NCBI GenBank assembly: GCA_030141605.1
Contig: JAQGDQ010000527.1
Span: 89,473-153,472, forward strand
DNA length: 64,000 nt
From: Tubiluchus corallicola
Taxonomy: Eukaryota; Animalia; Priapulida
Direction of reading: 5' to 3'
Part shown: positions 46,401-60,300 of the stretch, in pieces
Position numbering within the stretch: position 1 is the stretch's first letter
Layout of the letters: each line of letters opens with the position of its first letter
Program-made: the position numbers and the translations under genes
The notes under the pieces: model-generated
The model's input: only the letters and a program-made list of their open reading frames with translations
What the model was told of the DNA's origin: nothing
The model's database searches: none

Positions 46401-46596
46401 AACTGACAACCCGAGTATAAAAGGTGCACCTACCGGCTTCGTTCTGCCAATTCGTGATGTGAGGGCGAGTGTAGGGGCTGGCTTCATCTTCCCTCTTGTT
46501 GGTACGATGAGCACTATGCCGGGGTTGCCGACTCGACCTTGCTTTTACGACATTGACATAGATCCAGACACCGAGGAAATTTATGGACTTTTCTAA
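43437..46596 (+). CDS. MTHFD1: Trifunctional C1-tetrahydrofolate synthase (methylene-THF dehydrogenase/cyclohydrolase + formyl-THF synthetase), ~933 aa, 2 coding exons
   Basis: Exon 43437-43553 (MARLIDGK...LAIVQ) splices to 43912-46596 ([14 protein letters not shown]...GLF*). Motifs: Yxxx[61 protein letters not shown]. Confidence 0.97.
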
Positions 46597-46761
46597 CTGG
46601 TAATGGCTGTTTTTGTTTGTACCTCAAAATGTGTACTTCAGAGTAGCGTTCAGTACAGTAGTGTTTTTTCTAACTGGAACGCTAAGCAGAAAATACAAAA
46701 TGGAAAACATCTGATAGAAGTACATTTGTTTAACAATGGGCCAGGTGTAAGGTGTAACTAA

Positions 46762-47239
46762 AGGAAGGCAGGATGATTTTTCATATACCCATTTTCAATT
46801 ATGGTAAGAAGTAATACCAGTACATTTTGCTGCACCAGCAATACTGCAAATGCATTTGTGATAATTAGATGATACACGAAAGACTTAATTAACGACAGGC
46901 AAGCCCAACTAGTGATGACGTCACAAACTGACATAGTTTTCAACATCAAAAATATCCATCGAGCGTGTTGCACATGCTTGCCAAAGCCAAATTGAAGTAA
47001 AATACAGTTCTACTATAAGAGATTTAGTGTAGATTCTATAGATTCTACTATAGAGATAAGAGCCCGTCTAACTAGTGAATAGCGAAAGGCATGCAACGCG
47101 ATGCCTAATGACAGAACTAATGACACGAACGCGAAATTGTATTTGTGTGGTAATAATTCTTTCACGTAAGTCATTCCTTACAATATTTTAAAGAGTAGAT
47201 TGTTTTGACCTACAGTTTAACATTGGGTCCAGTATTGCT
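46762..47239 (-). mobile_element. Kolobok-like non-autonomous element in the MTHFD1 3' region
   Basis: Reverse-complement homology to 35649-36245. Confidence 0.7.
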
Positions 47240-48189
47240 TTAATTTTTCGTGACACTACCTACTAATGCTACCTACCTCTCTCATGTAAAGTGACTTTTT
47301 AAGTAACAATGCTGCTATATATTCGTGCGATTTTTTTATCATGGACAAACATTCTTTAAATTGTGGGTGTTGTAATTTATCACTAATTAATTAATTTTGT
47401 TAAATGTTTTGCAGTTTTTTACGTGTGTTAAACTGGTGATGTGATAAGCTAGTTTTGTCAATCGTGTGTTGAAATTCCTAGTTGATAATGTTTGTATTTA
47501 AACGGATTGTATGTAAGAAATGTTTTGAAGATTTGCAAAGACATGAAGTTAGAATAGAACAGTATACTTAGATTTAATGGTGGTAACACCTGCAGTAAGT
47601 GCAGGGCAGTTATATTTCTTATAGGTTTTGAGCACAAAAGTCTTGCAAGCTAAACAAATTATCTCTGTTTACAGGTAGATATTAAGCTTTATTTTTAATT
47701 GCTGAGTATTAGTTAAACAACTCCATGTATGTGTGTAGTGTGTATTGATTGTTCACATGTTAGGTATAGTGTTGGATGTAAAAACTATTCTAAGCTATTA
47801 ATTTTTTGACTGCTGGTGCTAAAGTTAATGTCATGTTCGTTATGTTGTATTAATGAAAATAAAATTATTATTGTTAATTTGATAAAGTCCAAAAAATGGG
47901 CACAGTATATTATACACTAGATTATCTGTGGTGGTGAAGTACATTAAGTAAAAAGACATTTAACATTGTCAATGAGTAACCAATAAAAATAATAATGGTC
48001 AACTCAAACAGTTGTTGTTTGTTTAATTAATCAAAGACTCAAGATACCTGTATCAGAGATAAGAAATACTTTCTGGCAACTCAATTTTTTTAATTACATT
48101 TAAACAAATTTATTTAAGTTACGTTTGTTAACTTTAATTCGTTTGTAATTGTCTCTTCAAAAAAAATTAGGAGCTGCTTTTTTCTTGCG

Positions 48190-48342
48190 TACTACAATGA
48201 GGTGAAATTCTTGTCAGTTTTAATCACGCGATGGCGCCACAAAGACAGATCGCGCGGTGCAGGTGACGTAAAATCGTCCGATGTGAGCTCGAACGTTGAT
48301 TGGTTAAAGCCTCGTGGTCTGTTGCTGTACCAAACAGAAATA
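48190..48342 (+). promoter_or_regulatory. SREBP proximal promoter with SRE-like, CRE-like and CCAAT elements
   Basis: Local CpG-rich patch with ATGAGGTGAA at 48197-48206, ATCACGCGAT at 48223-48232, TGACGT at ~48264 and ATTGG at 48299-48303. Confidence 0.6.
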
Positions 48343-51300
48343 ATGGAGCAGCAACATGTTAAGTGTAAGTTTCCGTTTAATTCGGAGCCTTTACCCGATT
48401 TAGGACCGTCTTTAGGAGAATTTAACGAGATGAATTCAGTGCCAATTGATGATTTTGACGGTAGGTTTACTTTGTTTTGATATTATGTGATTTTAGTCTG
48501 TAAATAAACAACCATTGCATCATCTATTCTACTCCCACATTTAATTGAATGAGAATGCTATATTATAAAAAAGTTTTTCTTAATTTATTGATCTATCATC
48601 TGCCATAATCACATTAATTTGACTTACAAGGTATAATAATTAAAATGACATGAAAGTGATGACTTATAAATAAAACTGTTACATGTGTGATAAGCATTAA
48701 GTATTAATTTGTCAGTAAATAACTTGTATTATATCATGTTCATTCTGTTGTTTCATCTAAACATTCAATTCTTTTGTAATACTTGAAATAGTAATGACGG
48801 AAATTCTGATAAGTGCTTTACTTATTATTACTCATGTATGTTATTACTCTTTACAGATGTTCTAAAGTTGATAAATGATGATGGAGCTGGAAGTGGAGAT
48901 CTCAATCTTTTTGACTTTTCATTGTATGATGCTGTTGATTCCAAGCACAATTTGCTCGATTCGTCAAGCATACTGTCCAATGATCCAACTTTATATCTTC
49001 CGGCTGATCCACATGTAAAGCAAGAACCAAGTGTGTTGTCTCCAGTGCACTGCAATGCAAAATCTTCGGACTCCATTGCAAACAAAACTTCGTTTTTTAT
49101 GGATACTGATGCGCATCAAGCATCCCCCGAAATACCAAAAGTGGAAGATGTGATTGTCGATCCGAATGTGTTATTATCTTCTGTGCAAGCACCGGTGGTG
49201 CCGTCTAGCATTAAGTCTCAGCTATCGCCTAGTCTTCAGAGCCCCTCTCAGCAGGTATAACCAACTACTTAACTGACAATAATAATAATAATCTTTTTAT
49301 TTATCTTGTAACACATGCACAGTTATAATACAATTAATTTGGAAACAAAAATGTGAAAAAAGGGCAGCGAAATCTAGTCAGCTGCCCTTTGGTTAGTGAT
49401 GAACATTTTTATAGGCTCTATGCAAAAGTGTATTAGTGTTAGTACTGCTTATAATAAAAATTTAATTGTTACGAATGACATTAAATTGATATGCTTACAA
49501 CGTGTTAGTACAATTCATACACAGTAATAATAAGTGCATAATAAAAAAAACTCAAACTGAAAATAACTGAAATAAAACTGAACTGAAATAAAAATCTGAC
49601 AACAGAAACATAATAACAATGACAACTGAAATATACTTTGTCTATACTATACAATAACATTGAACAGTACCAATTATTCGGTGTTATCGTTTCATTGTAA
49701 AGCTTGGGCCTGAAGTCTGGAAGTTGAAGTTCGCATTGCATGTTAATGTTTATGAACAAAATGCAGACAGTTGACTAATGTTTAATTATAGAATTTTTCA
49801 TTAATTATAGAAGGTGGTGTCATGATGAATTTCTAGTTGAAGGATGTTTTGCTTACGATGATTTTTGCTAGAAAGATCGGTTTTGCTATTCTGCTTGTTG
49901 GCTGATTATCTAATTGTGCATGCAACCAATAGATGATACTTGGTTAAACTACACGTCTTTAAGATTGTTAAAGATTCCAAGTTTGCTTTTATGATAATGA
50001 TGATAATAGTAGTAATAAATTTATTTGTTAAAGTGATTACATAAAACTTATGTAAACACATTTTACATAAAATCCAATTAAAATTATGTTGCAGTAAAAG
50101 ATTAAGAAACCATATAAAATCAAATACACAATTCGGAGTAGAGTCTAAATTATAAAAGTGATGTGTATGCACAAGGTTAGTCGTAATATTTGCTAAACAA
50201 GTAAGTTTTAAGTGCAATTTGAACAGCTGATAAGATTTTAAGTTGCTTGATAAAAAGTTCCAGAGCTGAGGTGCACAGACTGCAAAAGCCCAAGGGCCAA
50301 AGGTTGTTAAAGTTTTGTCTTGTCATTTTTTTTAAAATTACATCTTAGTGAGACCTCCTGTTTCCATGCCCTGGAATATGAATAGAAACAAGTTCTGTGA
50401 AGTAAAAGGCATCAAGCTATGCAGTTGTTTAAAGACAAAGCATCGTGTTTACAGAATCGATTTCAAATTGATAATTCCCTAATATAATCAATGTAAGTAG
50501 GTCACTTATTTCATTGTCAGGTGTTGATAAAGTTGATTAAGGTTTAATCCGTTTATTTGTCTCAATGATTACATTACATTACAACAATTACAATTTGAGT
50601 ACTGTTGCTTACCAGTTGTTAATACCACCTGTTTTATACCTGATGCATATTGGTGCAATGATTTAATAAGTGTTTCTGCTTGTAAGAAGGTTATTGTTTT
50701 ACGTTTATACTGGTAATCTATAAATTTTAAATTACAGGTGATCGTGAGCAAAATTCCCCAAAATTTGGCTAGCGCTCAGTCACAGAATATACTGCATCAA
50801 ATTAGTCAACTGCCTGTGCAGCAGATTCAGCAGGTACAAATTCTTATACGAGTTTAAACTCAGGTTAAAGTTTTCGCTTATTTTAAGTGAATTCAAACAA
50901 GAACGTGTCACTAATTAGATAAGGTTTTCTCACTTGTTGTGTATACAATAATAACCTAGTTATCACATGTTCTTTGCAGTACAGTTAACCCTCGTTAAAC
51001 CGGACTAATTGGGGGGGGGGGGGTTCCGGTTTAGCCGATTGTCCGATTTATCCGATATGCCTATTTATAGTCTATATTATACAGGAACAATCACCTTAAT
51101 AAGGCCTATACATTGCACTATATACTATACTGTATATTACTTTAAAATAGTTAACCTGTGAGGATAAAGAAATTATTGTACAGTTGGTAGGCCGTGTTGT
51201 GTTTAGCGCTCCGGCTCGGACGGAAATCGGTCAGTTTCTTTTACCACGGATGACATCCGTCTTATCCGATATCCGGGCTAACGAGGGTCGACTGTAATGT

Positions 51301-54300
51301 TATAATACGGGATATGAGTGTCAGATGTGCACTTTTCAAAGTGCGACTAGACCAGACTTTGCAAAATCTCTGACAGCTGTTGCAGGGCTCGTACTCGTCG
51401 TATAATTCCTATATTTTTCGAAAATGTCCTATAATTCCTATAAAATCATGAATTCTCAATGAAATGAGAATTTTATTGGTATTTTTTGTGCGCCTTCGAC
51501 ACGCATAGAGACAATTAGATATTATAAGTACATATCTTCATGATTTGGGCATTTTAGGTAATGTAAATAACAGTTGTCTGTCGTGAAGTATGTATGTTTT
51601 TACAGAGTTGGTATTCTCATTGCGTGGTTGATAATTCTAGTGTATGCTCTAACGGCGTGTGAACACAAGAGCGTACCCAGAAGTGTATAAGCCACTCAAT
51701 GACAATACCAACTTCAACCAAAGAATGCTCTTCTGTTACAGGTAGCAAAAATCATTTACTTTTGCAAAAAAAATTGTGAAAATCGCTGTAGTGTAAGGTT
51801 AGAAACTTTCGTTTTAAGGAAAAATGGCCTATAATTCTTGTATTTTTTTAGAATAATGTCCTATATTTTTGAAAAGTACGAGCCCTGCATTGTTGCTAGT
51901 TTATTAGTTTCAATGCCTCGGCAAGTGTCAGCTCGTGCTTACTGTCAAAGAGTAACTCACAGCAAGTTTTGCTGTCTAGTGTGAACACATTTGCGAGTTA
52001 CTTAGCGAGTGAACTTCTAGTCTGAATGCGCATTTCTTGCTTAATTGCTGTGCTTTTATCAACTCTCTTTGTTTCTTGGACGTCTTTCTAGTTGCTCGTA
52101 GCAAAATCTACCTTGAAGTCGGAATCACCGGCAGGTCTTGTGACATACACAACTCCGGTCAACATGACTACGACTTGTGGCCTCCAGACTGCAGTGGTCA
52201 GTACGACTAATGGTCAGATTGTCACCGCAGCAATGCCTACTGTACTGGTGGACCCCAATAAAATAGCCATTGATCGGATAGCACCAACTAAAATGCAGGT
52301 GGGTAAATATGATGTGTTTATTAGAGCTGAAGTCGGGTGTGGCAGTATTGCTACTTAGCTTATTACTAAAGATATTTTTATATAAGAATGAACTAGCAGA
52401 TATCATATGTAGTCATAAATATATATTTCTGATGTTGATTTCTGTCATCTTGTTATTAATTTGAAAATATTGAGAAAATAACCTATTTTTTTCAACACAA
52501 ATAAGTAAAGAATTAATTTTTATTTAATGTTTAATGACATATAATTTATCTGTTTGCGTTCTCGTATGTTACACTCGATTCTCACAAGAAATTGTGTCTA
52601 AGCTGTCTTAAGTTTGAAAAGAGATATAACAGTTCTGGAGATATGTGCTTATCTCCTAGAATACACTGTAATATCATCATTACTCTTCTCTCTGTTTGTT
52701 TACCTTCAGAAATCAGTTTTCAATCAGGATTCAACAAATTTGCAAACAGTGTTTTAAGTCATCACGAGCCAATGATTAGTCACTTGTTTCACACTGCTAT
52801 TTGTGACCTGTTCTCGTCTTTTTGTAACAACGTTACTGACAAAGTTGTTATGATCAGACAGAATTGTAACTCATAATTTGACGTCCTTTACGTAATGATA
52901 TTTTAAATAATTAAAGTAAAGTTAGCATCTTAAAAGAAATGATTGATTTGCGTGAAGATATACTACACTGTGATGTGCTTGAATCAAATGATGTCGACTG
53001 CATTATTAACGAAATATGTGTCAACTAGTGTGTGATGTTATAGTTTGCATCTTCTTTAGATGTTTTTTATTTTTCTATTAACTATATGTATTTTTATTGT
53101 AAATATTTTTGTAGCCTGTTTTTTTAGCCTTTTTTATGTGTGACATGTAATTCTGAATTCATGTGCGAATAAACATAATATATATATACTTTTCGTAGAC
53201 TTCAAGTTCTGCTGACTATCGAACTATCTATTTATTCTATTAGATTATCTAACACTATCGATTAGAGAACTTGACTGGTTGTCTAATAATATTGCCCAAA
53301 AACTTTCATTCACTCATTCATTTACCAAACTCAGTACTGCTTTAATTTTGTCAGGCATGAATTGTATAAATTTAGCTTTTGTTAGGAATTTACAATAAAG
53401 AAAAAACAGTGCAGTAGACCTCAAAGACTTCCTGCACCGATTCAACGGAATGCAACCACTTTTGTGATACAGATTTTTAAATTGAGTACTGTAATAAAGC
53501 CTAGGTGTTCTCAGTAAAATGAAAAGGCATCGTGTGTTTTGTGTGCACACATAGCCTAATAAAGACTGTGTATTGTCCATTTACCTTTTGCACATCTGTA
53601 GGTTCTACATTAATTTCAGGAAGTTCTGCCCAAGGGTGAAAAGCGCACGGCCCACAATGCAATAGAGCGGAGATACCGAACGAGCATAAATGATAAAATT
53701 GTTGAGTTGAAGAATATTGTTGCTGGTACTGAAGCGAAGGTGAGTGGAATGAAATAATCTGAAAACAGGTCGACCTTGCGACACAATGCAACTGGGAGCA
53801 TCTGAAGACTCGGCAACTGGCGGCATACTATATGCCACTAGTTCAGAGAATATCCAGTTGAAGCACAACAAAACTCTTCTACTTGCATACTGCATTTTTG
53901 CGTACAGGGCTTGCATCGACAGTAACGCTGTATAAAACTTGTAAATTTAAACTCTCGCGATGACCGTTAGGCGCAGCCACTTTAATGGTAGGTCATTTAA
54001 AACAAGTTTAGACAACATTGTGTGAAGTTTCAAAAAATAATCGGAACATTCGTAGCACACATGTTACTAACTAAGTAAAATTTTAAATTACTGCATCTTG
54101 TGAATAAGATTAAAAATACGTTTTTTAGTTAGTGAGTGGCGCACCCTGGGGGTGAACTAGCGACGTTTTACTAATTGGCACGAACATTTTAAATTATTAT
54201 TTCTTGTTACACATTTTTTCCAGCAGGTAAGCAAAATGCCAAGTTATATGGATTTGCATGGAAAATTTTTTGGGACATAATTTAACATTGCCTTTTCTTC

Positions 54301-57300
54301 CACTGATTTACGTTTGTATAGGTGACATCATGTAATGGCGCTGTCAGAAAAGTATTGCGGGAGATTTAAAATGAAAACAAACAAAAATTTCTTTTAACCC
54401 AAGTGGAATGTATGCATAAAGTTGTTGTAAAGTAATATAACTTATTAAGGCAATTTCTGAAACCTACTTCATGTATCCCTTTTCTTGTCCTTCAACATAA
54501 GCAAACTTAGGACGCAACTCGGTTCCAGCGAATTGATCATTTCTGCTCGCAGAATACGGTATCTACCCAGTTCTAAGCTGAGCATTGTTCAACAATGACG
54601 GTATCTACCCAGTTCTAAGCTGAGCATTGTTCAACAATGACGGTATCTGCCCAGTTCTAAGCTGAGCATTGTTTAACAATGACGGTATCTCCCCAGTTCT
54701 AAGCTGAGCATTGTTCAACAATGATTTTGGTTTCGTCAGAGGTATTTTTTCAATCCCGTATGCTGAGTCGTTGTCGACCTGAGCATGTTTTTTTCCTCAG
54801 TTGAGGTGAGTTGCGTTGTGTCGTAAGTCGATCTAAGTTTAGCTTAAAGTGTATTAGGAAACTGGTTCTTAAGAAACTTCTAATAGCTTCCTTAGTCATT
54901 CTAAACTTTGCCTCAAGGTTTACTGTCATTAGTTGTTTCTATAATTTACTGGAATGAATTTTGTAGCACATTTTCTAAACTTCGTTTAATTGTTCTTTTT
55001 TGCAGTTAAACAAATCGGCAGTTTTGCGTAAAGCTATAGACTACATTCGTTTTCTGCAGTCGTCAAACCAAAGGTTGAAACAAGAAAACATGGCACTGAA
55101 AATGGCAACTAAGAATCAGAGTACGTATACGATATTTACTAGATCTAAAAACATATTTCTAACCGTGGATGTTACTTGAAAGTACTAACCGAAATTGAAA
55201 TTTGCGTTACTTGGGAAACCAATGACGAAACTATTTTTGCAAAACAAACTGCTATTAGAACTGGAAAAAAACATAATACTGAAATAAGTAAAATTCTAGA
55301 ACTAGCTGTAAATATTTCTATATATATGCTTTATTTTGTAAATATTTTATTGCCTATATTTCACAATTACTTTACAAATTATTAAATTACCTTACAGCTT
55401 CATAGACATCAGCACTGAAGATGTGTGCTGTATTAGCCTAAAAAAACTGACTTTAATTTTATTAATGAAAAATTTTCGCTTTATTTGAACTATTTTGGCC
55501 AAGGTGTTTCAGCAATTTTTAACATGTGGGAGAAAAGAAAAGTAAACGGAGCAAAATACCGCGAAAATCTCGGAAAAATACTAAGTAAAATTACAAAAGT
55601 TTGCTCTAGTAAATTTCCTGAAAAACGAAACAAAAATCGCAATTATCGTGTCAAACTGAGGTGAAAATTTTGTTTGAATGTTGTCAGATGTTTATTTGGC
55701 CTTGTGTGTAAATTATTTCCCAATTAAATAATATTTGACATTGAAACTGTTATATTGACAGATTTGGAACAACTGTTGGTGAACTTCAAGGATGTCTCCC
55801 CAGATACGTTCCCCATCATTGACACGCCCCCTCACAGCGATGGTGGCTCGCCCACTTTGCCTTCGCCGCCGGACTCCGGCGACTCTTCTTCGGAACCCGG
55901 GTCTCCTGCTTTCAACCAAAGGTCGGAGGATCGCACGGCGAAGGGCATGATGGATCGTTCTCGTGTCACTCTGTGCGTCTTTATGTTTGCCGTACTGGCT
56001 TTTAACCCTTTTGGAAAGTTGTTGGGAAGCAACAGTGCAGAGTATGGAGACAATTATCACGGCCGCACCATTCTGCATTCACCAGCAGATGAAGGTATTA
56101 ATGTTATTTCTATAGTCTTAATGTTGCCTGAATTCCCAACAGTTTACAAGTTAGTTGTCAGGCACTCTTCCAAGAAGTGATCGCAGTGGATTACTTCGTT
56201 CCATAATGTGCTCAGGAAAAAGTAGTGCAACTGGGAGTTTATTTATTACAAACAATGAAACTTAGGATTAGCTAAGAAATAAGCTGAGTCCAGCACACTA
56301 CAAACAATTAGTAATTTAATCATCAATCATTGGCGTAGTTTTTTATATCGTTAATTGTTATTTGTGTTATTGTTGTGTGTCATGATTTATTGTATTATTT
56401 GTATTAATTTGTGATGTGTATATGAACTTTCTAAAGTTTGAAATAAAATATTAAATCTAAAATCTAATTGTTGAGTTAGTATGTGGTTTATTTTTTGCAA
56501 AATTTCTAATTCTAACTGTTAGATTAAATTGCTTGTGTTAATAGAACAATAACCACTTTTTGTGATCTCATTTCTTTCGGTGTTGAATCACCAGGCTTGC
56601 CATTTGCTGTATTGTAAAGTGCTGATGAAAATAATTGTTTTCAAACTCAATATTTTCTTTGCCATTTGGAACACTTGCATGTGATGCTCAACCACTTTTC
56701 AGGTCAAGGCTGGTTTGAATGGATATTCCCCACACTTTGGCTATGGTTACTGAATTTAGCCGTCGCTGCAGCCGTGCTCACTCGTATAATGGTCTACGGC
56801 GAACCGGTTACTAAACCCATGTCGAAGGCTTCGGTGACATTTTGGCGCCACAGAAAGCAAGCTGACCTGGATTTGGCAAAGGTATTCCATTCAGTTGAAA
56901 GTTTGTATGCTATTCTGTGTTATGTTTCTGTATTGTTGTAATTACTGTTTCGATCGCATTTTGTACTAATTGCCAACTAAGGTTTACCTAGTAACTGAAG
57001 GTGATTTTGCCAAATCTTGTAAATCTTATTATGCTTAAAAACACTGTCTAGGTCAGGGGTGTGCAAATTGCGGCCCGCAAAGAGATTTGTCAACCTAATG
57101 AAAGTGCTGCCCGGGCGATTAATTGAGTGTATCCAGCTGAAGTCCGTGCCACGATCCCAAAGATAGTGCGGGTAGTTTTTTCTACTAGATCAGATGCCAT
57201 TAACCCTTACAAGACGGTTGTAGCTTAATGTCACTGTACTACACAGACTGTGTGATACACATTACTAATATGCATTGTAATAAAATTACCACTATCTGTC

Positions 57301-60300
57301 CTGAAAGTAGAAATATATGGTTTGTAATATAAATTTTAATAACTTCTAAAATAGTTTCTTGAGTGTAGTAGTAATGATGTACACAGGTCGGATGCAAAAA
57401 AAATGTTATTAGGCCTTTCTGTACTTGGCTCCTTGATCAAACTGCCTGTGGCCCGCAGGAATTGCGGGAAAGTTTAATGTGGCCCGGCTAGTCAGATAAT
57501 TTGCACACCCCTGGTCTATAGAATGCATAAATGCAATCCTTACAACTTCATTTGAGTTAGGAAATTTGAATATGACAAAGAATTCTAAAAATGCAGTTTG
57601 CAGTTTCAGTGCATTTGTGTGCTCTAACGATAGCAATGTTTAGAGCCATGCAAGTGGTCAGTTTAGGTGTGACTATACTTGCTAAAAACATTCATGTATG
57701 TGCAAGAATTTTTACAAAGGTCCATTTGAATATTGTGCAACAAAAGTGTCCATTTTTATTCTGAATATCTTTGTTTTTATTAGGGTGATTACACAGCTGC
57801 TGCTAAACAGTTGAGGACCTGCTTACACACTCTCGGACGTCCTCTACCAGTTTCCAGACTTGACCTTGTGTCCAGCCTGATCTGGAATGCTTTCCGACAA
57901 ATCCTGAATCGAGTCTTCATTGGTCACATGTTGACACATTTGTCCGGACACGGACAGAGTAAGACGGATGGAAAGTTCACCGATCTGCAGAATTCTTGGA
58001 AGGATGCGGCGCTCGTTTATCATAAACTTCATCAGCTTCAGCTTACAGGTTTGTTTAATTAATACAGATGTGCACAGGTCTGATGTGAGCTTTGCCTTCA
58101 AATTAACTTTCTTTTGTGGTACATGAGAGATTCTGTACAGAAAATTTGTTTGGATAGACGGTGCTGCATTTACATCGCTGGGAAAAATCGTGTTTGAACA
58201 TAAACTTTCATTTAGCTTTGTTTCTTCACTTTAGTATTTTGATAGTTACATTTCACTTTAGTATTTTGATAGTTACATGCATTTATATCAGCTGCCACTT
58301 GTGAGAGGTTCCTGTTCGTTCAGTAGCTCATCTTTGAGGATGATTCGTGATAGTGAGTTTGGTTAAACTCTCATTGTGCTACACTGTTTTAAAAAGAACT
58401 GTTTGTACAATATTAATTCACCTTAATCATGTCTTGTGCATTTAGGTTATGTCAGTGATGGTACGCTCTCAGGTCTTGTCACCTCCCTGGCTGCTGTGAA
58501 TTTAGCCGAGTCTGCTGGTAATGCTGTAAGCTGTGAAACCATGGAAGATATATACATCACCATGGCGTTCAGGATGAAGCATTGCCTCTCCTTTAGATGC
58601 GCTTTCTTAGCTGTAAGTAATAGTGTTTGCTCTGCAAACTCGTTAGATATTTTTAATGAGATGCTAAAACGCATTTGTTTAATTTGTACTTTTTACGGTG
58701 AATTAATTTCAATCTATTGAATTTGAATGTATTTTATGAATTTGAATGTATTTTATTGTTCAGCATGCTGAGATTTTAAATGATGTAGAGTGCAATATTA
58801 ATTAATTTTTCATTCGTTAACCGTGTGAATCTACACAGCTCATCAGAAATTGCTGTCGAATTTTTTCATGCCAAATTGAAGTATGATTCAGTTAGGTATG
58901 GTCCGTTGTCTCAATGTTACATTTCTTGTTTGTAAAAATGTACTACTTTTACTCAGCGTTACTTTCTGAACCGGGCCAGACATGTTTGTGTGAACAGCGG
59001 ACAGCCCGTACCTCAGTCACTACAATGGTTATTTCAACCGGTTGGTCACCAGTTCTTTGTGAATGGCTCCTGGGATTACTTGGGCAAGCCTACCATGTTC
59101 AGTGCTGTTGTAGATTCCGGTACGTTGATATACACTGCCTTTTTTACTTTGCAAGCCTAGATGTCAGCACTTATCAGCACAGTACCTAGCTAATATAGAC
59201 ATCTGTGGCACTCCTATCACTTTGCAAATTAGGTATAATAATGCTGTAGTGCTGTAGGTAGAGATACTAAACAACTCGGGTGCCTTACTGACAAATCAAG
59301 ATGAAAGCCAATGTAAATAGTGGGTTGGCAGGTGAAACTGCCCAGAAGCAGGTTTCCTGATGGTAGCTGCCAACTCATTTAGTGATCAGGTTCGGTGTCG
59401 CTCAACTAAAGCAAAATAAACTACTTGCTCATGCTTGCATGAATGATACTCTCTTCGTTTATATTACATACAGTGTACCATTAAAAACTAAGTTTTAAAA
59501 GTTTTGTTTGTAGTTTTGTCTTTAACACTTTTTGACTAGAAGATGCTTATGCTTTATCTAGATTTTAAAAATAATCTGATAATTATTTTGTGATAATCGT
59601 GATTTTTTGAATAATTTAACTTTTTCAGTCAGTCCATTAGCTCATGTGACACAAGCATTACGTGAGCACCTCTTGGAGAAATCCCTGTACAGTTTGATTG
59701 AGCCCGAGAGTCGTAACCGGGAGCAAATCACTGAGAAGCCACTGAGGTAAATGACCTTGTGTGTTGTACAGATTTGATTAAACCACAGAGTAAAATTATC
59801 CGGAAAAAAGGAATTAAAGAAGAGCGCGGCAATAGCAGAAATGGTTGTGCGCAGGTGTGCCAAGCGTACAGGCTGTAGCACTGTAGACACTTAGTCTTAT
59901 GCACAGGTGTGCCAAGTGTGCAGGCTGTAGCGGTGTAGACACAGTCTTATGCACAGGTGTGCCAAGTGTACAGGCTGTTGCGATGTAGACACTTAGTGTT
60001 ATGCACAGGTGTGCCAAGTGTGCAGGCTGTAGCGATGTAGACAGTGTTATGCACAGGTGTGCCAAGTGTGCAGGCTGTAGCGATGTAGACACTTAGTCTT
60101 ATGCACAGGTGTGCCAAGTGTGCAGGCTGTAGCGGTGTAGACACAGTCTTATGCACAGGTGTGCCAAGTGTACAGGCTGTAGCACTGTAGACACTTAGTC
60201 TTATGCACAGGTGTGCCAAGTGTACAGGCTGTAGCAATGTAGACACTTAGTCGTATGCACAGGTGTGCCAAGTGTGCTGGCTGTAGCGGTGTAGACACAG

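Noticed and set aside
43936-46596. Bacterial or horizontally transferred folD-fhs fusion, given the long uninterrupted ORF
   Set aside because: The trifunctional architecture and sequence are animal-like, and a spliced first exon supplies the true N-terminus.
57605-57656. miR-33-like hairpin in a SREBP intron (gtgcattt...caatgttt)
   Set aside because: The seed differs from miR-33 (GUGCAUUG) and pairing is poor. The miR-33 host intron is expected further 3', outside the window.
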